Of a DNA stretch of 64,000 nucleotides, positions 12,954 through 26,500 are shown one piece after another. This DNA comes from Antedon mediterranea (taxonomy: Eukaryota; Animalia; Echinodermata), in the NCBI RefSeq assembly GCF_964355755.1, contig NC_092679.1, positions 15,297,432 to 15,361,431 of the forward strand. Direction: 5' to 3'. The translations under genes and the position numbers were made by a program. Below the pieces are notes generated by a model that was given only the letters and a program-made list of their open reading frames with translations, was not told where the DNA came from and ran no database searches. Every line of letters begins with the position of its first letter. Position 1 is the stretch's first letter.

Positions 12954-13952
12954 TTAATAAGTGAAATAACGAGCTGGGACCGTATTTTCCGCCTTTACAA
13001 TGTTTATTTATAGGTGCCACTGATAGCGCTGTCTAAAATTTGGTCTATTTTTAAAATAATTAAAATGTTATAATAAGTGCCCTATTGGACTTTGTGCTGT
13101 AAATTTATGTTACATTGAAGAAATCATTATCGTCCTTTGCATGTATCAAATATTATGTCATACCGCCCTCACACTCACTCACACCAGGAAATAATCAACC
13201 AATCACTCACACTCACTCACACCAGGAAATAATCAACCAATCAAAATGCCAACTCTTCTACACACAATGCTTCACAAAAGAGAAATACAACCCATAATCG
13301 TCGGGGGTGGAAATGTTGTTTTTTGTAGCAGCATGGAGAAATGGTAGCAGTAATTATATCGCACCTGCTTCTTCTTACCTTAGAAGGGTCCTCGGCGATT
13401 CGATCCAGCGCAACATTGCCTTTAAAATTGTTTTAAACCAAAGCGAACAAGAAGCAATTCCTCTACACAGCATTTTTTGATTATAATAAATGTTTCTTTT
13501 ATTTATTTATATTTAAAGATGGATTGTCCCCCAACAAAATGAAGATTAATAAAGTAAAACTTTCAATTTTGAAGCCATTTTGTAAGTCAGTCGCTTCCGT
13601 GAAAACTTGTTGGAAAACAAAATAAACAAAAACAATTTAAAACAAAAAACACCATGGGCTGGCAGCCGATTTGACTATTTTCTTTTTCTATGAATTACAG
13701 TTAAAAAAAAAAATTTGGATCAAATCTAAAGAAAACATTAAAATGGCAATTTAACCAAAAACATTGAAATATATATTGTAGTATTTTAAAATGTATATTT
13801 CTTTAACCTACTTAAATTACATTTAATTTAATTACAAAACATGTTTTTGTAATGTATTGGTCATTAGGCAATTCGGCAACCTATAGTGTTTGTTATAATC
13901 CACTCAATATGGTATTCCTAATATTGTGAAAACTTTCCGTTTCGCTACCAGC

Positions 13953-14024
13953 GGTTTCGTGGTGTAGTGGTTATCACGTCTGCTTTACACGCAGAAGGTC
14001 CCCGGTTCGAGCCCGGGCGGAACC
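13953..14024 (+). tRNA. tRNA-Val(TAC)
   Basis: Intact cloverleaf GGTTTCGTGGTGTAGTGGTTATCACGTCTGCTTTACACGCAGAAGGTCCCCGGTTCGAGCCCGGGCGGAACC, followed by an oligo-T terminator. Confidence 0.92.
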
Positions 14025-14185
14025 TTGATTTTTTTTCTATGCCACACCACCAGTACATTACAATAATTTTGTTGAATGTTTACACTTTTCTTGTTTTTAT
14101 ATGTTCTTTGTTTATGCTGTAAATGGTCAATGATGCATAACCTACGTAATTTTTTACGATTTTTTAGAAACACCAATTACCTTAA

Positions 14186-14811
14186 AGCCCCATTCCCTAC
14201 GTTTTTTAGATGTAATTTAAGATCACAAACTATATTTAATGTAAAAATAATACTATATGGTCCTATTCCGATAACTTTTTTCGTCTTTAAACGGTTAAAA
14301 ATGTGAAAAATAAGTCGATTTTAATAATTATAGCGGCCCGCTATAAATCCCAAAATGCATTGCGCGCGGATTGATATTTTTGTTTTTCACCTGTAATTCG
14401 CCCACTTTTCGATCGATCGTGAGGCCAAAACAAATGGAAGACTCCTAACTTTTCAGCGAAAATACCGGGTTTTCCCCAATTTGTATCAACGGAGTCTGGC
14501 AAAAATAGAAAGACAATTAATGCAGCAACTATACAACGTCAGGCTAGGTATATAGCTAGCGTACGATGTTCGCACGTTACCGATGTTTACCAGCTAGGCC
14601 TACAAAACTAAGCCTAGCCAGGCTAGGCCTAAGACCGTCCACGAGAGGTCGATCGCCGCGAGCTACTTAGGTAGTGCATTGTTTCTCACTTTTTATCATA
14701 ATTTACCATAAAACGTATATTTAAGACAAGGAATGACATGGTTTAATGTTTTTAAAGTGATATATATGTATTATTTTCCAAAAAACGTCCAAAATTGCAG
14801 GGAAGGGGTCT
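14186..14811. mobile_element. TTAA-flanked non-autonomous DNA transposon (Kolobok-like, second family)
   Basis: TTAA|AGCCCCATTCCCTAC ... GCAGGGAAGGGGTCT|TTAA imperfect TIRs. Confidence 0.7.
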
Positions 14812-14951
14812 TTAATTTACTCTTTCCTCTGTATAGGCCTACAGTCGTTTCTGAAATTTCAGGAACCATTTGTGATATCAGCTGTTTTAGGGTGTACACG
14901 ATAATTCTCCCAAATTAACCTGGGCGTGTTATTTCCCATGTTCGTATCGGC

Positions 14952-15023
14952 GGTTTCGTGGTGTAGTGGTTATCACGTCTGCTTCACACGCAGAAGGTCC
15001 CCGGTTCGAGCCCGGGCGGAACC
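14952..15023 (+). tRNA. tRNA-Val(CAC)
   Basis: Identical to the TAC copies except at anticodon position 34. T-run downstream. Confidence 0.9.
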
Positions 15024-15245
15024 TCTTTTTTGTTAACACGCAATTTATATTTTTACATACTGTTTAGGCAATTCCTCTACGTTACTGAATACCACGTTTG
15101 TTCCTTTTCCACCAAATACTAATAAATACAACTTTTTTGTGATTTTTGCCTGTAATTTTGCATTTACCATTCTGGATGGTGTCGCTACACAGACAGTTCT
15201 CTCTCAAATGTCCTTGACAGTTTATTTATGTTGATTTGTATCAGC

Positions 15246-15317
15246 GGTTTCGTGGTGTAGTGGTTATCACGTCTGCTTTACACGCAGAAGGTCCCCGGTT
15301 CGAGCCCGGGCGGAACC
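15246..15317 (+). tRNA. tRNA-Val(TAC)
   Basis: Intact cloverleaf identical to the 13953 copy. Confidence 0.92.
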
Positions 15318-15517
15318 TGATTTTTGATTGATAGGCTTTTTTTATTGAAAAATATCTTTTTAAAATTATTATTTTAAAACTTAATTTACTGATTCAGCTG
15401 TTATTGATATACATATTTCTTTCAAGACTTGCCGTCCTGGCTTTTACATTTTTGTTGATTAATTTGTGTAATTAAGAGGGCACAATGTGTAACCCACAGC
15501 GTTGTGTTATTATAAGC

Positions 15518-15579
15518 GGCTTCGTAGTGTAGTGGTTATCACGTCTGCTTAACACGCAGAAGGTCCCCCGGGCGAAATC
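15518..15579 (+). pseudogene. tRNA-Val(AAC) pseudogene, T loop deleted
   Basis: AAGGTCCCCCGGGCGAAATC: the B box GGTTCGAG is missing. Confidence 0.85.
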
Positions 15580-16128
15580 TATGTTTTTTCCCCTACTGTT
15601 AACAATTCATTTACTTTAATGAATACTGTTACCATGTTTATATATACGAGAAGTTAATGTTTATTTATCAATGCTTTTATGTGTATACTGTATATGTATG
15701 CATGAACATTCTTCTGGCATTATTTAAAAAGATAAAGATTTGTAAAAAATAGTCTAAGTTAATATATAGATTATTAAACATAAATTGTGTTAAATGGTAA
15801 TGTATGTACAGTATAAAGAAAAGAATTTAAGATAAATATAAAAATAATAAAAATTCATTAAAAGATGATATGTATAAATTAAAAGAGAAAATTATGGTAA
15901 TTAATGACAATGGGTGATTACAACAACAAAAATACAATGTTAGAATAATGAAACCACATTAAAAAAAATGAATACTGTACCCCGTTTTTTTCTTTTCCCA
16001 CTAAATTTGTTTGTGTTCATTGCTTGTACTATTTTGTGTCATATAAGGGTCATTGCGGTATGCTATCGCTACACGCATATTTCTCTCAAAGTGATCTTGG
16101 CATTTTATTTACCATGGTTTCTATCAGG

Positions 16129-16200
16129 GGTTTCGTGGTGTAGTGGTTATCACGTCTGCTTTACACGCAGAAGGTCCCCGGTTCGAGCCCGGGCGGAACC
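16129..16200 (+). tRNA. tRNA-Val(TAC)
   Basis: Intact cloverleaf followed directly by an oligo-T run. Confidence 0.92.
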
Positions 16201-18229
16201 TTTTTTTTATATAAATTTGTTTTATTTGACTTTTTTAGTTTTTTGTCATAATATAAATCCAAAGTTGCCCGAAAGCTCTGCTAATTTTTCTGGCTGTTTT
16301 AATTTATCGTTTTAATTTAGCTTTTTGCTTATTTTATTTTGTATCTCCATTGGGATCCAGCCACTGATACCCATAGCATTGTCATTTTTCAGTAATTTGC
16401 ATTTTAAGATATTATATATTTTGTCATCATATTCGTACTTGCTTGTTCTGTTTGTATTACACCATTTCATTTTTACCATGTTATTTAAATAACAATAAAT
16501 ATTATCGTATCGTAGACATATAACTCGAGTTGTTAATTAATAAGCTTTTGTGACGTCATCAATAATATTGGTTTTCCTATTTGCAAATAAAAATAAAATT
16601 AGCACGATAACTTAATTGTGAACGTATTACATACAAAGCAAGTAATTTACATTTAGGCAAGTTTAAAATAATTAATTTTTTATGTTGAAATTTCTTTTCT
16701 CCTTCCAGAGGGTGTAACTCATATTTGAGATCACTGACGATATACAATATTGGGTAGATTTAAAGCAAATAATACATTGTGTAATTGTTTCCTGCTTTTC
16801 AAAAACTTTACAGCGTAAATAATATTTTCGAATATTGTTAACCACTTGTACGTCTCTATGGTAGAAATAAGTTTGCTTTTTGTCGCTGGTGGTCCCTAAA
16901 TGTTCGCGGTCCTTATTGGGGAGGCATAATACTGTGTTTTAAATTCACCAAATGTTATCTTTTAAATTGTTATTATTAAACGTCAACGGCGCATGTTCGG
17001 TGGGGTTATGTTCGAAAAATCATTGTAATTAAGCTTAACATTATTTGTCTCGACTTTATTAACGCTCAATTCCCTCACAATGAACAACTAAATACCAACT
17101 TTTGGTCATTATCTAGTCTATTTATTTCTATTAATACAACCTAAGTAAAGAACTTCGATTGGAAATGGCCATTCATAAAACATGGACATCACTAAAGGAG
17201 TTAGTTCACACTGAGCAGTAAGGACTTAATTAGGTTTGGTGTTTGGTCTATACAGACAGATAAAAAGGAAGAAGCTGGCTTTGTGTGGGGCTGGAAAAGA
17301 ACGATTAGAAAGGAATCCAATGAAAAGAGCATCCAATTGAATCAAAACTTAATGACAAATGATCAAGGCAATGAATAAACCCTATTCACAATTGATAACA
17401 CAATTTTCCCATGAAAGGGCCATGGCGTTCTTTAATTGTATGCATTATTTAAGCTAATGATAAGTTACTGTTAGTCTATTACGTGTACTGTCAATACATT
17501 AAGCGAATTATTCTGGGAGTTAAGTTAATATTTTCTTTTCTTTCTTTTTTTATTGAGTCTTATCCGACCTTGTGTTAGACCCGACTTAATTAACCTTATT
17601 GTATTTTGGCATATTGAATTGAACGGACTCCTAATAGTGAACTTGTTTTCGCTAAATATCTCGATTTTTAAATTTCACATGAAAATACCAATACCACCAC
17701 AATGTTTGATATCATCGAGCACCTATATATATATATATAACTATATATAAATCCAAAGGCAAATTACTGGAAAAAAATGACAATGCTGTGGGTATCAGTG
17801 GCTGGATCTCAATGGAGATACAAAAAAAAAAAGCGAAAAGCTAAATCAAAACGATACAGTAAACAGCCAGAAAAGTTAGCAGAGCTTTCGGGCAACACAG
17901 CCCTTCATCAGTGCAAGATATATATATTATACCTTTTGAATGTTTTTGCTATGTATTTTATTTTCGAAATAAAGTTTTACATTACATTACTGGCATCATA
18001 ATGTAATACACGTAGACATATTTACGCAAAATTCAAAATTACGGCATCGTAGTAGGCCCTTCATGTGACGTGCAAGTGATTCGATCATGGAAATGAACGG
18101 GAACAAGAGGACACTTTAATATGTCCCGATGGTGCCCCATTATAGAGGATCTACACCAACTTTAAAAAACATCCATATATTTAGTACGCAATCTATCCAT
18201 TATCCCAATCTAGACTTTTATTTCAAATG

Positions 18230-18695
18230 TATACGATTTTAGAAGATCTCACACATATCTCCTATTTTATATAACCTCCATTGGCTACCTATTGACTCCC
18301 GTATAAAATATAAGATCCTTTTACTAACATTTAAAGCGCTACTTCTTAAACAACCTACTTATCTCCTTGATCTTCTTCCCACCTACACCCCTCTTGCTTG
18401 TCTTCGTTCGGCTGATCAAAACCTACTACTTGTTCCTAGAATTAACACCAAATCTTATGGACAAAGGTCTTTTATGTTCTCTGCTGCTTCTCTTTGGAAT
18501 TCTCTCCCTCGTCATTTTACTCACTCAACTTCTATTGCTATTTTTAAAAAACTCAAAACGCATCTTTTTAACATTCAATATAAAGCGCCTTTGATTTTTA
18601 CTTCGATTTAGTTGATTCTGGCGCTATACAAATACCTAAATTATTATTATTATTATTATTGTTATTATTAGTGTTATTATTATCATTATTATTAT
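18230..18695 (+). mobile_element. L2/CR1-group LINE 3' fragment
   Basis: Frameshifted HISPILYNLHWLPIDSRIKYKILLLTFKAL...LRSADQNLLLVPR...YGQRSF...LWNSLP...LKTHLF, then an AGCGCC/GGCGCT stem and a (TTA)n tail. Confidence 0.85.
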
Positions 18696-20807
18696 TAAAT
18701 ACAAGCAGAACACAAACCAAACATGTTTTAACTGTATAAATATTTTAAAATAGAATACATGTATTTACTAGTAATAACGTTAAATGGCAGTTTATCTAAA
18801 AATCAATTATAATCAAATTATAATTATCAGATAAAATGACACTCGAAGGCATCATACAATTTTACATTATAAGTACGATAATACAACAATATTCAAAATG
18901 AACATTAATTGTTCATAACGTTTAGCAACATGCATAGTTAAATATTATTGGACCGTAAACGATTTTTGTTCGCAATAAACGCTTTTAGCTCTCGTACTGA
19001 TGTCGAAACTAATAACGTCACTCTCTTTTTTTGTGTACTTGCTGATATTAACCATTACATTTTAAACTTAATTAATATATCTCCAAGAAGTAAAATTATT
19101 CGACTTTTAAGGAAAAAACGTTACGTTGATTGATTTTTCTATAATCGTATCCATTTCATAGATCAACACGATCCTTATTAAGCGGTAATTGAATACCAAT
19201 TAGCTAACCTCGGGTTATATGCAATAACTTCTTTTCATTACCATAATAACTAAATGATAATACCATAAATGCTGAGTGAATACTTTACTCCATGCCTTAG
19301 GAGAGACAAAATCATCGAATATGTAAGATAGCGATGATGAAATTGTAAATTGCTCGTATGTATTTACGAGACCTCAGGCTTAAAATTATTTATTCAATTC
19401 GTTAGTCGTGATATACATTCAAGAGACGAAAATCAGAATTTATATATGATTTCGTCTTAATCAAATTAATTTGTCGACAGTGTATCTTTAGTGGATAATA
19501 CATCTCGCCTGAGGCTTTGTTGCAATGCTTTTGTTAATATTGTTTAATTCGAAAATTCAAAAGCATTATCTATCATTTTCACTACGAAAATAACTACACA
19601 GAGAGCGAAAGGAGGAAAAAACAAAAACACAGACTAAATTGCATTGACTTTGTATGCAAGATGTGGTAATTCAGTTTATGTAAAGAGATTATATAGGTTG
19701 ATATTCTTGCTAATTATACGGCATAATTTTATTTCATTTTACAGTTATCAATTCTGATGCATTATTTATTAAACGATAAATCACAATAGTTTGAAGACCT
19801 TCAGAGGGTCGGGCTCGTCTATTAGGAACACTTTATTTAATAATAAGCGAGTTATTAATAACCATTTTGTAATTTAAACACTGAAATAAAAAAAAAAGCC
19901 AAATGAAAGATGAAAGAGAACGAATTATCAACTAGATATGATATTTAAGTAATCGCAGAATATAGTAATATTGGGTCCACTGCTTAATAATATATATGAT
20001 AAAAACATAAACATTTTGTTTGTCTTTTGTGAGATTCACTCACCTCTATTTTCATTTCATTTTCATTATTTTTCAATTCAGTATCAATTTTACAATAGGA
20101 CCTATAGGCCTATTAGTAATATGAGTAAAACATAAATATGAATTTTAAAAAACTATAAAAAAAACTGATAAAATTATGCAAGCCATCGTGTTTCAAAAAT
20201 TCGAAATTCATTTGGAAAAATGGTATTTCCCTGATCCCAACTTCAGGCCTTCTAGTCCATGATCAGTAAAAGGAAAAATAATATGAAATCTTTTTTTTAA
20301 CGAAATAATGTAGTTGCTTTTGACAGAACAGTTATTTTCTTATTAAAATAATGGAATAAGGCAAATATGTTACTGTTGATAAAGAAATAAATGGAAAAAT
20401 ATTCATCTTGTGTCCTTAATTGCATTGATTTGCGCACTAATATTAACGTGACATCCATATTGAAGGGGAAAAGCAAAAACATTTGTTTGAAATATATAAT
20501 ATACAGTGATTAAATAACACGATAAAAGATCCAGACGCCTTTAAACTTAAACCATAAAAAACTTATTTTTCCATGTTTAAACCAATCACTGATGATCATG
20601 ATTTTCATTGTTGGAAGTTCATATCTTTATGCGTGACTCAATGAAAGAATACTTTGATAAATAAGAATCATTGTTGTTAATTATGTAGATAACAGTGTAT
20701 TGCATTATACGAACAATCAATAGACAGCCAAAAGAAAAACAGATCACGTGATACATCATCGCGTAAGCAGACGATCGAGTTTCTTTAATTTATGCAGAGT
20801 CACCTCT

Positions 20808-21215
20808 CTAATCACAATTGCCAGATTTATTTTTATTGTTCAAATGTTTATAGATATAATGTAACAAGTAGTGACGCTGATTATCATTGTTTCTAAAATC
20901 ATAGACTACAGTCAAATTAGAATTTTTCCTTGACGTCATTAGAAGCATATATGAGTCCATTGTTCCCATTCGCCATATACGTGGCTCATCAACAACGATA
21001 TAAGACTTATCGTAATAAGGATAGTGTCTCTTGATTTCTTGAATATACCTTAAATTTACCTTGAATCTTCGTTTCTCTCCCTCAAACATTACAGCATCCT
21101 CTTCCGACTTATAGGACGGGCAGAACTTTAAATGGTGGCCAGACCAGACCTTCTCAATGCCCGCTTTATACTTATTGACAGAAAAAACCTGACAAACAAA
21201 TTCACTGGGAAGCAA
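20808..21215 (-). CDS. uncharacterised coding-like exon (about 130 aa), no family recognised
   Basis: 408-nt open frame with globular, non-repetitive composition in AT-rich surroundings. Candidate acceptors (TTTGTTTGTCAG, TTGTAAG) lie near its 5' end. No ATG-bearing upstream exon identified. Confidence 0.5.
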   Translation of the reverse strand: MLPSEFVCQVFSVNKYKAGIEKVWSGHHLKFCPSYKSEEDAVMFEGEKRRFKVNLRYIQEIKRHYPYYDKSYIVVDEPRIWRMGTMDSYMLLMTSRKNSNLTVVYDFRNNDNQRHYLLHYIYKHLNNKNKSGNCD

Positions 21216-22283
21216 AAGACTTGTTTCTTACAATCAAATTTGTTTTAGATTTAATATCCCTGTATACTAAGTGGCTCCATTTAGTTTCTTATTATATTTT
21301 GCCATCGAATTATTTTTATGTTTCATTTTGTTTAGAAACAAAGAAAGCTCTATCAAATTAATATTGCTGCTCCTTATTTTGCGTTCGACAGGCCAAATTC
21401 ATTATCATTAGGCCTATGTCCTGTTTGGTTGATTCAACAATTAACAGATTCCTTCGCTGTATACTAATTTATATAGGCTCTTCAACATTGTCAGAAGGTG
21501 ACTTTTAGCATGCATATACCTTTTAATGATTTATTACTTTGATTTGTTTTTTAAATAAAAGGGATTCAAATTCTACTGTCTTTAAATTCTTAAACAAATT
21601 GAATATGAGATAATATCGTTATATTCTGATGCATTTTATTTGTACAATCACTAAACATAACAAAATATAAAACAGTATTAGATACCGTACGATACTGTAT
21701 AATTAAACAACACATCTAATGTACTAGACTATTATTGTACAATCAAATTTTACGAATGTAATTCGTTAATAACATACGATAAATCGTAATCCGTAAATTC
21801 AGTTTCATTAATTCGTTAATGTAATCCACTTTGTGTCTATCTATGATATCTGTATTTTACAATATTTACAAGATACTTTGTACAGAAATAATAGAACATT
21901 TGAACGAATTTTTTCATTTTGAACAAGGAAATTATAAAAACAAATTTAGCACAAATTATTTATAAATTTGCTTTGATTAATTTATAATAATAGGCCTAAC
22001 AGTGAAACCTCTATTTCCAAAGCTTGATTTCTACTAGGACAGATAAACTAATTTGAACAATCCTGACGCGATTTTATGATGATCCATCGCGTCGTGATTG
22101 GTCAATTACGCTTACGTTAAGTATGTTACGTTAGTAAAATCAAGCTATAACAATGCTATCTGAGCAACTATTTTACCTAAAAATGAACTGTTTTCTTTTG
22201 AAATATAATTGTTTTAAAGGAAATTACACTGAATATGCCCTAATTGTCTATTGACGTGTAAATAAAAACTTAAACTTAATACC

Positions 22284-22543
22284 AGAATAATTAAAAATAA
22301 AATGTGAAATGCTTTTTAAAGATATTAAGTTATCTTGCTAAATGAAAATTTGGAAATATACTCAAACTTTCTACATTACTTATTCAAATATAATAACATT
22401 TTTCTTTAATAGAATAATTAAAAATAAAATGTGAAATGCTTTTTAAAGATATTAAATTATCTTGCTAAATGAAAATTTGGAAATATAGGCTACTCAAACT
22501 TTCTATATTACTTATTCAAATATAATAACATTTTTCTTTAATA
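22284..22543. repeat. recent tandem duplication (about 127 bp x2)
   Basis: AGAATAATTAAAAATAAAATGTGAAATGC...CATTTTTCTTTAAT is repeated nearly identically. Confidence 0.9.
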
Positions 22544-23501
22544 TGCTAATTTTAAATCTATCATAATGTGCGTATGACTATTATTAATCCAATTCAATTT
22601 ACATTATATCAAATAAATTATGTTATTTTGAAACGTAATAAATTTGAATAAATGAATTCGATCAGAGCAATGTTATGTCAAACAATAAACTATGAATACA
22701 TTAAAGAAATGGGTTATTGTTATTGAGTTGAATTCGGAGAATTTTTTAACGAGAGGACACTTTCAACGAATAGTTGGTGTAAAAATGAATGAAAATAATA
22801 TCCTTATTCAACGAATTTGTATCCGTTTTTGTCGACAGGACCACAATGCAAAACAAGTTCTACTTGATTGTGTATTATCCTGTGTAAATATGTTGTTAAA
22901 TAATAAAAAATAAATAAATAAATACAAAACATTCATTATTTATTTTATAACACACCTCTGTTCTAAAGTAGACCACGAAATAGTAACACAATAGATAGGA
23001 GAAAAGTATATACACGGCACGTGGTACGAAATCAACCAATTAAATGATAAGGATGAACTTTGGTGTGTTATATTATTCTCTCTATAGAACAATGCATGCA
23101 GAATCATGTATACCATAATCAAATTTAAATAGTATTTTCGTAATAACAACCCTTTAATACGGTACATACAGTAAGCAGATACTTGGCAAATTACATCAAC
23201 TTTCCATCTTATAAATTAAATAAATTGTTCTTCAAACAATCTTTCCTATACAAGTATTCACAACGTATCAACAACAGGGTGTTTTTAATAAATTTGTATT
23301 TTTACATTTTTGAATTTGTTATTCTATATAACATTCTCTAATGATGCACTTAAGTTGGTTTTCCACTGGACAAATGTATTCGCACAACATCGAAAGTTTA
23401 TGCGCATTGTATTTATATTTATTCGAATAAATTCGTATAGTGGAAAATAGGCTTTAGCTAATTAATACCAATATAGGTATTGATAATAATATAACATTGT
23501 T

Positions 23502-26500
23502 TTAGTTATGTAAAACGTGTACTGGCTCAAATGCTGACGAACCGTCGGAAGCATGTGATATCCGACTGAACGTCGTCGTCGTTTCTGAAGACGTCGTCGT
23601 AATCGGCGACGGGATAGCTGTAGATGTTACTGATGGACAATTTGTGGTTCGTACTGAGTCTGATGACGCTGGCATTACATCGTCCGCGTCCTTAAGTTTA
23701 TCCGCCGTTTCTTTATCCCGTCTTTCTCTGGCACGTCTGTTTTGGAACCATATTTTGACCTGTAAAAATAATATAAAATGTTATAATTGTTGGTGATGTT
23801 TATTGTCATAAAGGTGCTGGACTTGTATTGTGCCGAATTAATGTCGAATCAAACACAGTCTTTCACGTATCGTATTGTTGATAGCCTCCTAACTATTAGC
23901 AGGTCTACTAAACTTGTCATGTTTCGATTTTTTTAAACACATTAATCAATACGTATTGCTTAAATGACTTGGCTTTATATACTTGATTACTTGTACCCGC
24001 CCAGTACAAGCCAATTTAATACATGTATTTATTCCTACATCCATTTCAAAGGACTAAACGTAATGAGCAGATAATGGGTTCGCAACGTCACTTATTATAC
24101 ACCGGCACAAAAGTCTTTTTGAGAGTATTGACTGGTAGGGCGACAATCACAAAAGAGCGTCTGGCCTTTTGCAATCTCTTCAAACCACCGAGCCTAGCTT
24201 ACACGCTGAAGCTGTTAATCAATTAACGATCCCAGTGTAAGTTGATTAATGTTTGATAGATAACAACAATCAAGTTACTGGATATAAAATAGAGATTCAG
24301 TCATTATCCGATTTAGTCATTATTAACAAAAACAAAAACCTGCATTCAAACGTCAAGAAAATAATACCGAATGGATTAATTCATTAGCGAACAATTAGAA
24401 AAAAGAACTTTGAAACCTAGAGAGGGTTGTTGTGTTCCTTTGGTGACCTAATGAGATTAGCGAATGAGCATTCGATTGGCCATTAAGAAAACATTACAAG
24501 TGGCATCCATATTTGAAGTGTATTTATGTAATGACATGACATTGTGGATTGTTATGGTTATTTGTATTCATATAAATCAAACACTATATACTGTATAGTT
24601 AAAAGTGTAAAAATAAGAAAATAACGAAAAAATAGAAAACGGTAATTTAATGTACGAAAATGAAATGTGAACGAAATATGTATATGAAAGATTGAATGAA
24701 TAAAGGTGGTGGTTAACCACAAAACAACCTTATTTTAGCGCTAAAGAAATTAACAAACTGTAGTGTCCGAAATCAATAATTATTGCATTGCTAAGCGATC
24801 GATGATGATATTTTCGGGGTCTTATTAGACCTACATGTAACCAATAACTTCAACTTTCTATTATACCATCAAACGCGCGCATCATACGCAACGTACACGT
24901 TGCGGGTACATAATAAAACATAATGAACGTCATTGAAGTATGTAATATTGAAAACACATTGTGACAGTTTTTCAATGCTCAGTGTTGGCAACCTCACCAT
25001 TAAGTATAGGCCTACTTGTGAATAAAGCTAGGTTACCACCTGGACGCAGCGCAATGACGTAAGCGCAACGCACGTACATCTGACCAATCATGAGACATGG
25101 ATTATCCGACCTGTCGCTTGTCATCATTGGTCAACTCGCTTGCGTTGCGCTTATGTTGTCCTTGTGGGAATAAAGCTTAAGATACGATTGTAGGCCTACT
25201 GACCAGTAGAACTTGTATGTACAGTTATGGCCTATATAGTATTTTCTCGTTTAAACCTATCAACATTTTGATTGTCGCCAGAAAAATGATAAACATTACC
25301 GTAACTCGATAAAGTGTCTGAAAATTGTCATTAGCTCTTAACGATCATAAATACATACTTTAATTTAAGTTTTTAATCAGATTTGTATTAATAGACACGC
25401 ATAACTTATTACCTTTTCGTATTAAAAGATATGTTTATTATTTTTTTTCTCGGATAATTATTTAAATGTTTTAGTTAGAAGAAAGCAATGTATTGGTCAG
25501 TATGGTGAATCAAATTACATCAATGTTTTACCTAGAAAATCTCAACTTAAAAGGCGTCATGACAAATATTCAGGCCGGCATATGAACCATATTTTTGGCA
25601 ATTTTTTGGATGGACAATTTCGTTTTATCTAAAGTCCACGCCAGCCATCGCGTCAACCAATTAATTTAACGCGTCAAAACTTAAAACGCGTTCTTTATTG
25701 TCAAATTTGACATGAAATTATGATGAAATCAAATTCTTAAAAGCATATAAATTCAGTCAAGAATTTTACATTTATCAATTGATTAATGTAATAAAATTTA
25801 TTGCAATTTCATTCTATGAAATGTTAAAATACTCCTGGCGTCGGACCGGACTGGCGCTCCGGATAATTACTCTATTTTAATGTTAATTCTTTGCTTTTAC
25901 AAGAACTAATTAATTCCCTATTAAGAAAAATTCCAATAGTTTATTTTATGTATATTTATGTATAGGTATATTAGCCATAATATAATCGTATACTCAATGT
26001 TGGTTGTTATTTGTGTACGATATATTTAGGGGTATTGCAGGTACTGAATAGGCCTACCTGCCGTTGACGTTTAGAGGGAAGACTTTAATTTCAATATTGC
26101 CTGATGTTTAGTGTTTTCTACTCTGCTAATTTATTTTTCATGATTGTTATTAGTAGTTCATTTTTCTGGATGTAGAACATTCTTTAGTATGCCATATTTA
26201 AAAGAAACGTTCCCTCTTCTATGCAATGTATAGCATATAGCCTTTAACTCAGGCCTAGTACATTAGGCCTATAGCATGGAAATAATTCCTTCATAGATAA
26301 CTCACCCTATTATCCGACAGATTAAGCGATGCAGATAGCTCCGTTACGTCCACACTGCTAAGGTAGTGGGTAAGACGAAACTTCTGCTCCAGTGTTGCTA
26401 CTTGGTTTGGTGAGAACGGCACACGTGGGTTACGCCCAACCTTCCTCTTCTTCACTTCCTTCCTTTTGGCTCCTTAAAAATATAATAAAGTTTCCATATT

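Noticed and set aside
15968-16315. 115-aa ORF and other ORFs overlapping tRNAs
   Set aside because: Translations of tRNA genes and AT-rich flanks; no protein signal.
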